From contig NC_134482.1 of the NCBI RefSeq assembly GCF_964194025.1, positions 9,858,001 through 9,922,000 on the forward strand: a DNA stretch of 64,000 bases, written 5' to 3'. Under the pieces are notes generated by a model. It had not been told where the DNA came from. It did no database searches and worked only from the letters and a program-made list of their open reading frames with translations. The position numbers and the translations under genes are program-made. Shown here in pieces: positions 22,651-37,600 of this stretch; the first letter of the stretch is position 1; each line of letters opens with the position of its first letter. Origin of the DNA: Convolutriloba macropyga (taxonomy: Eukaryota).

Positions 22651-25600
22651 CTGAAATGCAAATGAGCTTTCACGCAGAACAAATGCAGTCACGCAATAAG
22701 ACTAAATAACAGCGGACATGCGTGCAATGCTTAACACTAAACTGACCAAACAAAAAATTGCCTCGAATAAAACAGAGAAAATCTTTAGACATTACACTCA
22801 GAGACGTCTCGTCTCGATAGAGTTCAAACTAAACAAGGTCAAACCTTTTCTTCCCAAAGAACAGTTGGTGATTGCTCTATTAAGCTCACATGACATCGCG
22901 CTAAAAATTGTCTTAATTAAAATGTTAATTAAAATGCCTTCGGTAATCGTTGGGCACAAAGTCTTTTAATTCAATTGATTAAAGTGTCATTATTTTACTT
23001 TCCTTATTGCTATAATTCTTTATTCAGAAAGCGATTAAATTCAACAGACATCATAAACATATCATGGGACAGACCATCGTTATTAGAAAAACTGACATTG
23101 ATAGAAAACAACCACCTAGCGTCGCACGAACTGCTCCCAAACGACTGGCGCGCAGCTGGCTATGAGGCAAGGGCGAATGAGGGGGCGGGGAGGTGGAGTA
23201 AAAGGGGGTATGCTGAGGAGTGGTCCAAATAACATAAAACTTCTGCCTCCTCAGCCACTTGTGCGAACGTAAATTTAAAGAACAACCGACTAACGTCGGA
23301 CTATTTGTTCTCAAACGACCGGCGGGCAGTTAGCTTCGTTAGCAGCTAGCTACAGTTTAGGCGCTACCTGCCCTCTAGGCGCCTGTTTATCCCGTTTTTG
23401 AGGACAAAAAGTAAAATGGGTCAGACGTAAAATCGGTCAAGCAAAAAATCGCATTAAAAAAAGACCACAGGACTAATATAATTGCTACAAACTTCGTTTG
23501 AGAGCAATTAATCACCTAAGAACTAAGTTCACTTCACAAAGTTCACTTTTATGCCTTCGGGATTTACCAGTTAATCAGGTTTTTGAGGACGGACAATCTA
23601 ATCGAAAAAAAAACAATCAAGTGCAAAATCGCATAAAAACCAATGGGGCCCAAATTTGCCAAAAAAAAAATTGGTTTGAGATCAATTAATCAGAAGAACT
23701 GTAGCAACATTGATAGTTTTTGATACTTACTGTTGATATCTGGGTGCGTAGACTATAGCGATTGATTCAGGCAACATGCTCTGATAGCTGAAGTGTGTGT
23801 GCAGGTCCACACTGGATAGGAATGCTGACTGGGATGGGTGTGTGTGGATCCAGCCGAGGGTTATGACGTCATGTTTCTCTAGCACTTCGAACAGCTCCTC
23901 CTCATGGGATGTGAGGCAGGAGTCAGAGGTTCCCGACTGTTTCGGGAGAACAACAACTGTCACTGTGAACTGATTGTTGCTCTGAAAAAAACATGAATCA
24001 TCCCCTAGAGGCGTCGGAATCGACTGACAACAAAATAAGTGATTAAGAGACGAACGCATTTTGACGGGTCGAGATTCGATTTACAGGTACAGGCCTAGGT
24101 AGTGACTTTTTCTTTTGATTGAAACTTCAATTTAAAAATATTATTTTGGAGCTATTTCGCGTAGTTGGTCATATAGAGGTCATAAAAGTGGCCAATGCTT
24201 GAAATCAAGTATCAGCCAACGAACTATTTATATTTACGAGGTGATCGGCGAAGAGCAAAAAAGATAAAGTAAAACAGAGTTGGAACAAAATGGAGATTAG
24301 GTAGTTTTCAAATTTTTTTAGAACTACTAAACGAATAAAAACGAGGAGACTTTCTATGAGAAATCAAAACCTGAGATATGCATGTTTTCAACACAAAATA
24401 TAGGCTGCAGATGGCCCCAAAAATAGCCGCCACTGATTTCCATAATCCCGGTTTAAATTTTAAACAGTTTTGTTGTCATTTGGGAGTTGGACACTCAAGT
24501 TTCTAAGTTAGCATTCTTAATTTTTTAAAGCATTAGAGATGGTAACAAACATCAGTCTCATAGGTTTATCCCGTTTCTAATTTTGATTTCGTTTTTATGA
24601 GTTCGATCATTTTAGAATGCTTTGCTGGGCAACTGCTGTTTAAAAGCAGTTGAGTAGAATGAGCGCAGAAAACTAGCCTAGAGAAGTCAAAAAGATTTCA
24701 CGCAAATACCGAAAACTTTTTCAAACTTCATTTCGCTGTACATTGAGTAGAATGAGCGCAGAAAACTAGCCTAGAGAAGTCAAAAAGATTTCACGCAAAT
24801 ACCGAACTTTTTCAAACTTCATTTCGCTCCATAAAGCTGTATCATTGAATAAACATTTCTTTTCTCTGCTCTTCAATTGGTTCAACCATTTGACCTAAGC
24901 ACTTGATTTTACATCCTTGATACTATAACCGATTAACGTCGGGTGAATTGCTTTCAAACAAACGTCGAGCGGTTGGCTTCAGTAGTACCCAGCTGGGCCT
25001 CAAAGATGTTTGCCTTTAGGTGGGGGAGGGGTGGAATGTGGTGTCCAGCAATTGAGGGGGTAAAGCTATTAGGAGGTAGGATTTCCAGGGCTGGACGATA
25101 AGCGGGTCAAAACNNNNNNNNNNNNNNNNNNNNNNNNNNNNNNNNNNNNNNNNNNNNNNNNNNNNNNNNNNNNNNNNNNNNNNNNNNNNNNNNNNNNNNN
25201 NNNNNNNNNNNNNNNNNNNNNNNNNNNNNNNNNNNNNNNNNNNNNNNNNNNNNNNNNNNNNNNNNNNNNNNNNNNNNNNNNNNNNNNNNNNNNNNNNNNN
25301 NNNNNNNNNNNNNNNNNNNNNNNNNNNNNNCGTGAGGGGGGTTGACTAATTAGGAGAGCGCCTGAATAATAGCTGTTGAGAGGCTGACGGAGGCTTTTAA
25401 TCAAATTTTTCAAAAACAGGGTCGCTACAATATCCGACTGAAAAAGCGGCGGCTATTAAGAAAAGCAAAATAATTAACTGAACTTAGCCAATTTTATATA
25501 TCAATATATCAATCAATATCAATTGAATCAAAAATCACCAAAACCAAAAAAAGTCTAATTGGTTTTGGAACAAAACTCAGACAGTAAAGAATTCGGAAAA

Positions 25601-28600
25601 AATAATCCGCTAAAATGGCAACGAAACCAACTAAAAAGCTCCTAAAAAGGTAAAATCACCAATATAGCTCAAAATTGAGTCCAAAAGTATTTGTGATTGA
25701 GATGGTCAAAGGCTCCAAAATGTACAGTTACTTATTATTATGGTTAGAAAATCTATGTGACCCAAAAAAGTTAAAACCAAACAAACAGCTTCGAAAAAGC
25801 CACAGGTGAACGAAATTCGTGCTCGCGTAGCATTTCTTTTTACTTTTTACAACTACCTTTCTGTCCAAAAAGCCGCATGATTGAAAAAACGCTCTTTTTT
25901 CTCTGCTCTTCAACTCGTTCAGATGTTTGACCCAAACAATGAGTTTCCCTTACGACATTGATTTTTACATCCTGTTTAAAATGAACTTCAAAAAATTATT
26001 GATCAAAAAGATGCCCCATAAGTACGGCTTTTCAAGTCCTAAAAATTAGGAACGCTCAAATAGGCAGCTTAGAAAATGAGGCCGGGTGTTAAACATATCC
26101 GACAAATGTGGGACTAACTGCTGTCTCGACTGGAGGGGGGGGGGGGGGCTGCGGAATTCAGACTACGACCTTAACCAATACGCAATCCTGGCTTTGTTAC
26201 TATCAGTGCGCACGCACAATTCAAATACTCGCTTACAATCCGCCTCCTTCCTAGCAAAATTTAGTTTCTAATGAAAGCAATTTCGAAAGAAACGTCAAGC
26301 GTGGAAAAGTCACTTGAGAAGTCAGAACGCTTAAGAGAGCAAAGAAAGCTTAAGAGAGCAATGAAATTTTCCAGAAAACGGTCAAGCTGAAATTTTGCAT
26401 AAAAACACGTTTAACAAAGTGAGGGAGGGGTGACTTGGGGGGAGGGGGTCTGATGTGGTGGATTAAGATTAAGGAACCGCCCATCAGACCATGAGCTTGT
26501 CTCCTCAACAGTTCCGAAGAATCGCATAGTTAGAGACTAGTAAGGCGTGAGGCTCTTCACCTGTTTATCCCGGTTCGATGACAAAAAGTCACATTTGCGA
26601 GATAAAAAATATAAGCAAGAACTCGCATTAAAAGACCACATTACTAACATAATTTGAACCGTCTTCGTTTGAGACCAATTTATCAAAATCACATTCAAGA
26701 ACGAGCAACTTTTGCCTGAAGCCAAATAACACCCCAAAACTTATCTTGAGTGGGTCGAAAAGGGGTGCAAATTCTGTCGCACGACAACTCTGTCAACATA
26801 TCTAAAAACACCAATTTCACTAACTCACCATTTTTCCACAAAGAACTCCACAAGTCTCAATGTTTCGCTCTGTATTCCTCTCTGACAATGAAGCAAACTT
26901 CTCTCTGAGTATCGCTGGTACAAATAGAGGTCTCAAGTTCGCAGCGCTGCTTGCATTGCTAGAGATAGAGTTGAAGAGACTCGAACTATTGTTGGAGTTG
27001 TTTGTGGTCGATTTGTTATTGAAGGATGAGTCTTTTCCGTGACGTTGAGGTTCTGGAACTTGATTAGCCTCTGATAGAGCTCTTTTTCTCTCAGCCTCCT
27101 GAAAATCTTGGCTGATAATATAATCATATAGGAGGAATTTCACATATAGGAACTGACAAATCACTTGTCTTGTCTTGTATTGATAACGAACTAAATCTGT
27201 TTGCGGAATCACGCAACACAAGTTCATCTCCCTTAATTAAGACATCAACATGGCTGCAGAACAACCCACAGAATCCGGTCTTCTATTTCGGTCACATTCC
27301 TAAGTATATAAGTTAAGCTTCATAGAGAGAACAGAACAAATCCATGAATTGCAGTCAATCAATTTAACTTCTCTCCTTAAAGACCCCTTCCGTAACTTTA
27401 GACCAAATTAAACCGCAGTTTACAAAACAGAAATTATCCTTACTTAAGAGTGTACGTAAATAATGCAGAAAGACATAATAGAGAATAATCATACTCTCAA
27501 GTCAAAAGGATTTGAATTACAAAACAGAATTACTCCACGACTATTCAATGCAGTTGAAAAGTTTCATACTAATCTACAGAATTCGGATTCATAGTGAGTT
27601 GGATCTTTGTAACGTTTTCCATTTTTCGCAGAAGGCGTATTATTGAATAGAAAATATTAATGAATAGTACTAACTTTTCACTCAGGCGCATAACATTTCA
27701 AAAAACAAATATAATTAATTAAGTCACGCTATGACCATTAGCCCAATCGGACAACAAAGCAGAAGAAATTCCAACTGGGGGACTTCGCGGACTCGACACG
27801 ATAATCGGCCCCGGATTTCGGGATTACATCCCAGATAGCATGAGAGGCATGGTTCAAAACAGCGGTCTGATCAGCAGTATCAAGAACAGCGGTATCGCTC
27901 TTAATTCAACAATCGATTATTAAAACCGTACCCTAATACCTAATTGTATATGTTTACGAAGAGATTCTTAACTGAGTACCAAGAAAGGGAGGGGGCGAGA
28001 ATGTCTAAAACATTTGTGCTACATGACGCTGCAAGCAAATTGACGTACCATGAAAACCACTCAAATTTGAGAAAAATGAACAAGAGACTATAGCATTTTC
28101 AAGGTGGAATGTTGTGGCTTCTCACACCAAACAAACATATTTTGTTACGCCATAACTAAGTTAATGCGCAAAACAAAAGAAGCGCGGAGGGAGATCAACA
28201 AGGGAAAAGGTTTCAAATTAATTGTGCTAGTTCAAAACGTAAGTGTAACAACCAAATCTTTTCAAAAACGTCAACCAATATGACAACTTTTTTGAACAAC
28301 TCTGTTTGACGACTTCGTACAACGACTTTGTTCAAATAGTTACTTCTTCAGTCGCAATGTCAAAAGATAGCCCAATTTCGTTATCTCAGGACAGCAGAAG
28401 GATTACTCCGGCGAGCATACGTTTTTGGCTTCTGTGGACAATACAGGCGATACCTCGTCATTTTTTATGACCTTGTTTCTTTTCTCAATAAAAAACGATG
28501 ATATCATTACAGTGGACGATGACGAAAAAAATCAAGCGCTTACTCACTCATTGTAACGCATGATGCAGCCAACTTCACCAATACAACCAACGTTAACAAT

Positions 28601-31600
28601 TTAGAGAAGGAATTAAGGCTCCGCTAAGCAACACGAAATGTGAAAGAAGCATTGTTTGATTTCGAACTTTTTAAAGAAAGATATTAGTAACGATAAGATA
28701 TATAGCATAATATAGCCTTCTTATGGGCTTGTTGACTTCATTGTCAACAAATTCTATAAAATGATTAAATTTTATGAATAATACATAATGAATTTTGCTT
28801 AATTTATGAACAATATGAGCTCGATTTCAGTAATCAATTCAGTCGAAAAAAAAGCATTCAGAAAAAATTGAAATCATTTTTCGGAAGAGCCGTCAAAAAT
28901 TGGTTCATACGATACGCATAAGTATAGCTACAGCACGAGGATAATTAAATTTGGAGTAAAAGCTAAAGCTTAAGAAAATGTCAAGCTTTTTACTCTGAAC
29001 ACAAGGTTCTTCGTGTTTCATTTTCAAATTAACGAGATTATTCTCAATTAATCCAATAGGTAATACAAAACAAGTGTTATTATAGAAAACCAGTTTTAAG
29101 TCAAAACCCCCAGAAATCCCTCAATGTATATCATTCAGGTTAAAATAACGATAATTTTCATTATTTCAGTTAATAATTGAAATTCATCCAGAACTTTCAA
29201 TATATATCGGCAAAAGCTTCGATGATGACCTGAGTCATGTGCTCATAATAGGTCGTATAATAAAGAAAAAAACATAACGTCGGGCGAATTGCTCTCATAC
29301 GACGTGTAAGCGGTTGGCTTTGTCAGGAGCTAGCTAAGGGAGGATAGCTGAAGCTTAATTGAAGGGGGTAACGGGTAGAGCGCGGGTCAGGGTAAGCGTA
29401 ATGGGGGTGAAGTGAGTGAACTAGTTTGGGAAAACAAACTCTTGAGAATCGCACTGAATTGACGCCTCCTGTTGTAGATGTCGCACAGAACTGCAATTCG
29501 CAGGTAACGTTCTTGTGGTGCGGCGACCTTTTTGCATCTACGCCATGGTGAATCACATGCGCTCCCCGGGTTAGGTGCCAGGACAGGCACCGTAAAAATC
29601 GGGTAAAGCGGCAAGGAAGCGGATTATTCTGTGCAGTGCGGTCGTGTTGGACCGATGATGTTAAGTCCAGCCAGTTAGCTACCTCTACTGATCTTTCCAA
29701 CAGGTCAATCACTTGCAGGTCCGTGGTCTTACTGCAGTTGAAAATGTGGTAACGTCATGTGGAGCTACATCACATTTGGGACAGCGGTTATCAGCATTGT
29801 TACCGATCCTACTAAAGAAAGTTTAGCAGGGGGCAGTATCCAGTTCTCGTTTGTGCAAATTGGATACGTGCAATTCGTGGCAGTTGTTCTTCTTCAGCTA
29901 TCTTGTGTGGAGGTGTGCCTAGTTGCTGGCTGTCTTTGTTCAACTGAGTCCATGTTTGTCGGTGGATACTTTTGAGATCATTTTCGTATTCTTTGCGATT
30001 TAATTGCTCTTTATTGTTTGTGTGTTGTTTCTTGCGGTCCCTATAAGTATCACTTAGTGTCGGTCTTATGGAACAAAAACTGGTTGAGGAAGTTGTTTTA
30101 TAATCAGCATGGTGGCTCTGATGAATGCTGGCTAGAAATTGCTCTGCAAACATTTCTGTGTGAGCGTTAACAGGCATCATTTCATCCTAATTGTGTAGGT
30201 CATTGATGTCAGACTTTTTTTTACAAAGCCAGTCAATGTGCCAAGAGCCATGTTTTGTTGTGTTTGCAGGTGGTTCCAGTTTGTATTGCTGATTGTGGAA
30301 GTCCAAATCGAAGCACCGTAGTTCAGAACGCTCCGACCAAAAACATTGTGAGTCACTGAGACTGTCTCTTTTGCGCAGCCCCAAACGCAACCACCATTCT
30401 TTTTCAGCATGTTATTGCGCTTTTGCAGTTTCTCTTTGGTGATTATTACATGTTCTCCAAGATTGAGCATACAATCGATGGTGACACCAATTACTTTGAC
30501 TTTGGACTTCACTGGTATTGGTGAATTGCTGATAGTGAGGTGGGGGTCAAACTTGGCCTCCTTGCTCCAGGTTGTGAACACAGTTGCACTTGATTTCTCA
30601 GCTGTTTTCTTGATTCTAGCCAGTCGTTTAAAATAATTAGGAAGGGAGTTATCATGTCACGTCATTCCTGTAGGTTAGATGTAGGTAAAGTTACGAGGGA
30701 CGTGAAACTGGGATTGCCTGATCCAAAACAAGATTCAATTTCTGTTAAATGATTGAAAAAAAAAATCGAAAATTGGCTTTGTTGGGCTCTTCATTCTCAA
30801 AACAGCAACCACCCTCCGCCTCATAATAACGTGACTGTGTAATTTCCAGCTGAAATCGAATGAAAAGGTCAAATTTAACAATACTTCCAAAAAAGTGCCC
30901 TCTCACCAGTACCTATCCATCTATCCATAAAAGCGAAAAACCTGGCTCACCCACAAACAAAAAAAGTTTATCACAGACACATTTGTGGGAAATATCATCT
31001 AATTTGCAGTTGAACTCAATTGTTAGCTTAACTTTTTGAATGAGACATCTTTGCATACATTTTCTCACTTAAAATTTTGCCTGATTTACTCCAGGTCACA
31101 TATTTGCCGTTAATTCAAACTAGCATAGTTTGTTTTGTACGGCAATTGAATAGCGTCTGCGCAAATTGAGAGCGAACTATTTATCCGTTTTTGCCATGCA
31201 CATTTCAATTCAACAGATAAGAAAGCCATTATATAGTGCCAATTCAAGTTTTCCTATACTTTCCTATTGATTTAAATGTAGGCCAAAACCATTATTTTAA
31301 TTATTGATTTAGGATTTTAGTTCGCCTTCTAAACACGGTCACATAATTCAAGCACGCACGAAAAAGTCCTCTATCAATCCAAAATCGCAAGGCATCAACA
31401 ATTACTTCAGGAAAACAAAACAAAGCAACCAGCTCGTTCCAATTTAAAACAAACCACGCTAAGTTAATCTGGAAATTTTAATTGGCTTCTGAAACAAACA
31501 ATACCTCTTTTAACAACCACAATTAATTTTTTTACATTTACCAATTTCATATTTTTGTGTTCTTTTCGAATCGAAAATCAATGTAAAGGTCGATACTTCA

Positions 31601-34600
31601 GCGCTCTTATTTTGCTTTAATTCTCGTATTTTCACACAATTCTTACCAATATTCAGTGATTAAAAACAAATACAAAACGATCTTACACACAGCTTTGAAA
31701 TTCAGCTCCTCAAATTAAACATATTGATTCGAAGTTCAATTCAAGCCACACAGCAAAAGCTGAATTGTTCTAAGTTTCATAATTTGAGTTTGAGACACAA
31801 AACTCACCACACAGTCGCATAAGCGTTCAATCTTTCTTCAAAATGCATTTAAACATTGAACATCATCATTTGTGTTTGATTATTCAGGCGGTTTTATTTC
31901 TTACAGTTGTCGTAGGTCACACAAAGGGCCAAACTAACCCTGGAGCAGCAAAATTCGACACTGTGGAATTTTGGGAGCAAAATAACGCAGATGAAATCGA
32001 AGAAGTTCAGAATATTGTTACGAGGAATTGGCAGGCTAAGAATCTTATCCTGTTTATAGGAGATGGTTTTGGACTTTCCGAGTTTGTGGCTTCCAGAATA
32101 TATCAAGGTTTTTAATTTTTATCATTATCACAATTTTCATCTTTGGCACCCACCATAGTTAAGATAGACCGAAAAAACAATGTTCTTAAATTTTTTTGAA
32201 TCTGAAACATGTAAATTAAAATAACCACTTGGTTAATGTTACATGTTATAAATTTATTAATCAAACATTATTATTTTCCAATTCATAACAAACTAAAGTT
32301 CGGTTTTCTTAAAATAGTTTAATAAAAAATATGTTTGAATCCTGCAACCCTTCTCTCTAAATAATGCTTTTCATCAGCAACAACCAAAAATTGCGAATTT
32401 TAAATTCAAAATACTTTCTGGAATGTTTCATTTGTATGGAAATTTTAGACAATTTTAAATTTGATCTAAAAACAAGGGGCATTGCTTCAAAGGGCATGGG
32501 ATATTAGGTCAGGCTCGAATAGGCGAACACGTTTTTTTTATAGTTTTGTTGACACTAGGCGAATACCAATTGAAACACTTAATGAGGTACTTCAAAATCC
32601 ACTTTACGCTATAAAGTCCCTACTGCGTCCCTAAAAATGTCTACATGATAATAGTTTATAAAAAAGATCATAATATAATCTTCAGAATTTTACAGCATTC
32701 ATTTTACGTTCATCCAGCATGCATGCTAACATTTTTCTCGAATTTTCCTGCGTCCCATAACTAAAACTATTTAGGATAAAGCAATGAAATATTTAATCAT
32801 GTTTTCCAATCTAGTCTCCGTATTTTTGTCAAATATGTTTGCACGAATGTTACCAAGGAGTAAAAATGGTGCATTAACTTGTGCTTTGCTTACTCATTTT
32901 GATGTAAAGACAATTGCTAGGGACTTATAAGTACTATAGCGAGGATTCTGAAGTACCGCATTTAGTGTTTAAATTAGCATTACCCTGATGTCCACGAAGC
33001 TTTTGTTCAAAACTTTTAAGTTCAAAACTTTTAGTTCAAAACTCTCCTAATGAATACAAAAAAATGCGTTTGCCTAATATCACCTTCAGAATTTAACCTC
33101 CTACATTCGTTGCGAGGCTGATTAGTAGATAGACATCGTTCTCTTTTCCGATGACTCGACATTTTATAAGTAAATTTTTACTTGAGGCATCAAGAGAACA
33201 TCATTCAAATGGTTGATTTGTAATAATCTAATTAAATTATGACGCGAACCACACAAATCTTCGACAAAAATTCTAAGTGAATTGCAACAAAAAAAGAATG
33301 AAAAAAGATGCTGGGCCACTGAAAAATTTATCAAGTCAATGGTAATAATAAAAACTTAATAAAGTTGAAAATTAATCTAAGCATGAGTTTGAACAGAGAC
33401 TTGTCTAAGTCTCAGCTCAAACTCGTGCTGAGATTAATTTTGCAAACTCTTTGTGTAGTTCATAGTCAATTAAAACGGTGTCCCGCGTTTTCACCCCTAT
33501 TCATTTAACCCCCTATCATTTAACCTCGATTTATTCACCCCTATTCATTTAACCCCGATTTATTCACCCCTGTATCATTTAACCCCTCTATCTTTTAACC
33601 CCTCCATCATTTCACCCAGATTTTTATCTTTCTATAAAATAAGGATTATTAAATTAGCAATATGATCATTTAGCCATGCCTCACGGGCCATGGCCACGCC
33701 TCAGCGGCCCGAGCGACTTGATATGAAACTATCACAACCGTACGTGGGATTAATTTATCCACTTAATTATGAAACATGCCTTTAATGTCGACTGCTAATT
33801 GGCGGGTTGAAATGATAGAGGGGTGGAATGAGAGAGGGGTTAAATGTGATGTTAAAATATGCAGGGTTAAATGAATCGCCTCAACCTCTAAGAAACCGCC
33901 CTTCACACCATAAGTATAAATATAAGTCTCCAAAACAGTTTGAGCTGAAACAGTGAAAACAGAGCTGAAAGGCTCTAAGAGCACTTAATGCCCGCTGGGT
34001 GATACCTGTTTATCCCGTTTTGAGGACGAAAAGTCAAAAGCGTCAGACGAAAAATCGGTCAAGCGAAAAATCGCATAAGAAACATAGCCGGTAGAATACC
34101 TGAAACGACTCGAATCTTCGTGCATTATAATCTCTAACCTAACCTTCTGGAAATTAGAACATCAAAATAGACAAGAGAAAAAAACAAGTAGCCCAACAAA
34201 CCATATTAAAGTGTTTTAAAAATGCCGACAATTTTTTTAGNNNNNNNNNNNNNNNNNNNNNNNNNNNNNNNNNNNNNNNNNNNNNNNNNNNNNNNNNNNN
34301 NNNNNNNNNNNNNNNNNNNNNNNNNNNNNNNNNNNNNNNNNNNNNNNNNNNNNNNNNNNNNNNNNNNNNNNNNNNNNNNNNNNNNNNNNNNNNNNNNNNN
34401 NNNNNNNNNNNNNNNNNNNNNNNNNNNNNNNNNNNNNNNNTAAAAACGGAGGTAAATGCTCGAACAGAAAGAAGTCAAAATTCAAGTCATGAACAAACTA
34501 GCTTTCTGCTAAAAAAAACCTGTAGAATCTCAATACTCCTCTTCGAGTCGTAAAAAAAGACCGACAGGACTAATATAATTGCTACAAACTTCGTTTGAGA

Positions 34601-37600
34601 GCAATTAATCATTTGAAAATTAGTCCGAAGTTGCTTGGTTAAGAACAAAAATAACAACCAAGCAACGTCGGACAACTGCTCGCGAACAACTGACGGTGGC
34701 TCAATTTTATTGTTTTAGTATGCTACCGTCGTGGAGGCCTGTGGGTTTATGTTAACTAAGGGGCTTCAAATGACGCTCTATGATTACTTACAACCTGATA
34801 ATTAAAGTAAAAAAACCATTTCAGCGCACTTTTCAATTGGCATTTTAGAGTAAACTGTCACAATTTGTAGAGATGCTTAAAATTGTTAATGAGAAAGCAA
34901 ATTAAAACTAGACCATGCAAAAAAGAAGAGTCAAGGTGAATGAAGTCATCCGAAACAGCCAAGCAAAAATGATGTATTAAAAAAAGACACACACGACTAG
35001 AATAATTGCTTCTAACTTCTTTCGAGAGCAGCTTCAAACTAACATAATGAGAACCTCAAACTTACAAAATGCTAATTTACCAACCCCCAACATAAATTTC
35101 CGACGTTTTTTTTTTTCAAATTCTCGATGGATGTAAAATAAATCGCAATAGCAAAGCAGTGTTCATTTTCACAGGTCAGAAGCACGATAGTAGCAAAGCC
35201 GGAGAATTGCATAGAATGAAAATGGAGACGAGATTGCCATTCGTTGCAATGAGCAAGACATTCTCAACAGACCACCAGGTGCCAGACTCAGCCTCAACCG
35301 CATCTGGCATGTTTACAGGTGAGAATAAATCTAAAGTGGTGGTTGGGGGGAGGGGGTGACTAAATAACTATCAACAGTGGTTAACAACGTTCAGTTAGTT
35401 TATTTAACAAAACTAAAAAATTGTTGTTTTACACTTTGTTTGAGAGCAATTAGCCTCATAAAACTAACATATAGTTGGCTGAGGTAAATAACATAATCCC
35501 AAATTTAGAGTGCACAGTTTTAACGAACAATTTTACACGTTTTATAACAGAAAGTTGAAACTGTATGCTTTTATGAACACTAACCAAGATTCACAAATTC
35601 GAAAAGCTTGTTTTTTCTGGCAATCTTGAATCAATCAGTGGTCGAGAAAAATTAACATGACTGTTTAGGAGTGAAAACGGACTCAGGTGTGATGGGATAC
35701 AGCGGGGACTCAGTAGTAAGAGGCTCATGCGGTACAGGGGGACATCCACTAAAAACTATTGCCGATCACGTGAAACAAAAGGGCAAAAAGGTGGGTGTGG
35801 TGACCACTGCCAGAGTGACTCATGCTACCCCCGCAGCGGTGTACGCGAAGAGCGAGGAAAGGTCATGGGAAGGCAGCGCACCTGAAGGTTGTACAGGTAA
35901 GAACAAAGGAAAACAGGAAAGCCATGAAAATGCTTCACAGTTTCTGCTGTGTGGTGAATTCTGCTGTGTGGTCAAGAAAATGAAAACAAAGAACTGAAAA
36001 AAAATAATTTGTACTTAAAATTGTGTGACTAGAATTTAGAATCTTAACATGCAAAAATTTCAGAATAAAAGTTAAAAAATGCACAACATAAGTGATCAAC
36101 TTTTACATCCCCCCCCCCCAAAAAAAAAAGCAAACAAACAAACATTTACTAAGTATGTAAAGGATCCATGTTTAGACATCGCTCTACAGTTACTCGAGCA
36201 GCAGGATTCAGAGCTGATAGACATCATGTTAGGAGGTGGAATGCGCTCTTTTGTGCCTCAAGGCAAACGCTCCTTATTTGGAGAGGACGATTCAGAACGG
36301 AAAGATTTAATGGATTTGGTGGAACTTTGGGAAGTACAAGGTGGAAAAGCAGTTCACGAGCTCAATACACTTTTAGAGGTAATTTATAGACCGGGTCCAA
36401 CATAATTTAGTGCCCACTCTCCAACACGGAAGAGCCTGAAATTGAAGTAGCAACTGCAACAAACTGATTTTGTAGGTTCTCTTCTTGAGGTGTTTCAAAA
36501 TGAAAATTTAATTAATATACATAATTTTCCTTAAAAGGTGTGCTTTCCAGATTCAAATCTCAAGTCCTTCAATATTTGCACCCACAATAACAACGAAAAG
36601 AGAAATCATGGAGGGGTTTGTCGGCAATGCGGTGGGGTGGGGGAAGCAGGGAAGGAGGGAGGGGGTTAAGAGGGGAAAAATATACACGCTACATTGGTGA
36701 ATCATTGTTAGGTGGAACCCTTGGATCTGCCCCTTCTGGGACTGTTTGCGGACTCCCATTTAGAGTACGAGGGCAGAGCAGAAAAAAGAGCCTCTGAACC
36801 GACACTGTACAACATGACACTTAAGGCACTGGAGCTGCTCAAACACGCAAACAAAGACGGATTCTTTCTCATGGTCGAATCCGGAAGGATCGATCATGGA
36901 CAACATGCTAACAACCCTTACCTAACTGTTACAGAAGGTAAATATCTTAGGAAAAACAAACCTCCAAAAAATTGCCCTTAACACAATTAACTTTTGGCTT
37001 CTCAGCAGCTTCGGCTAATTGTACACGTAGAAACTAGTAAAGCTATGAAAGAGGTGCTTAAAGATGCCGTACCGGCTTCACCATTTTATACCGTTTTTGA
37101 GGACAAAAAGGCAAAATCAGACCAAAAGTCCATCAAAAATACCACAGGCCTAATACAATTGGTACAAAAACTAACTCAATTTCAGCCGATGCATTCGACC
37201 AGACCATTTCTGCGGTTCTGGACCGCGTAGACTTGGATGAAACCTTAGTCATCGTGACAGCTGACCATAGCCACGCATTCGCAATAACTGGCTACGCTGA
37301 TCTGAATAACCCTATTTTGGGATACAACCCAGACTGGAAAACAGGGCAGCCTCAAGCCACTCTGACGTACGGGGCTGGACCACTGAAGAACGTTTCTGCA
37401 CCTCCCACGAACACAAACGAATATCACTCGGGGTTCAGGTAAATTAGGACACTAATCAATCAATTAGATTATGCCTCCTATAAAGTCACTGAATAAAGAA
37501 TGCTGCTATTATGTCACAAGATTTTAAAAAACAGATTTAGGTGCGTTTAATCTTCAGGATAGCAAAAGTCTATTTCGATGAAAATGAAAACTGAGTACTA

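Noticed and set aside
25069-25413. ORFs spanning N runs (also 34206-34485)
   Set aside because: Artefacts of assembly gaps
29215-29262. Second hammerhead-like motif (GATGATGACCT...AGGTCG)
   Set aside because: GAAA box and stems I/III absent; upstream 27750-29200 shows no recognisable RT motifs
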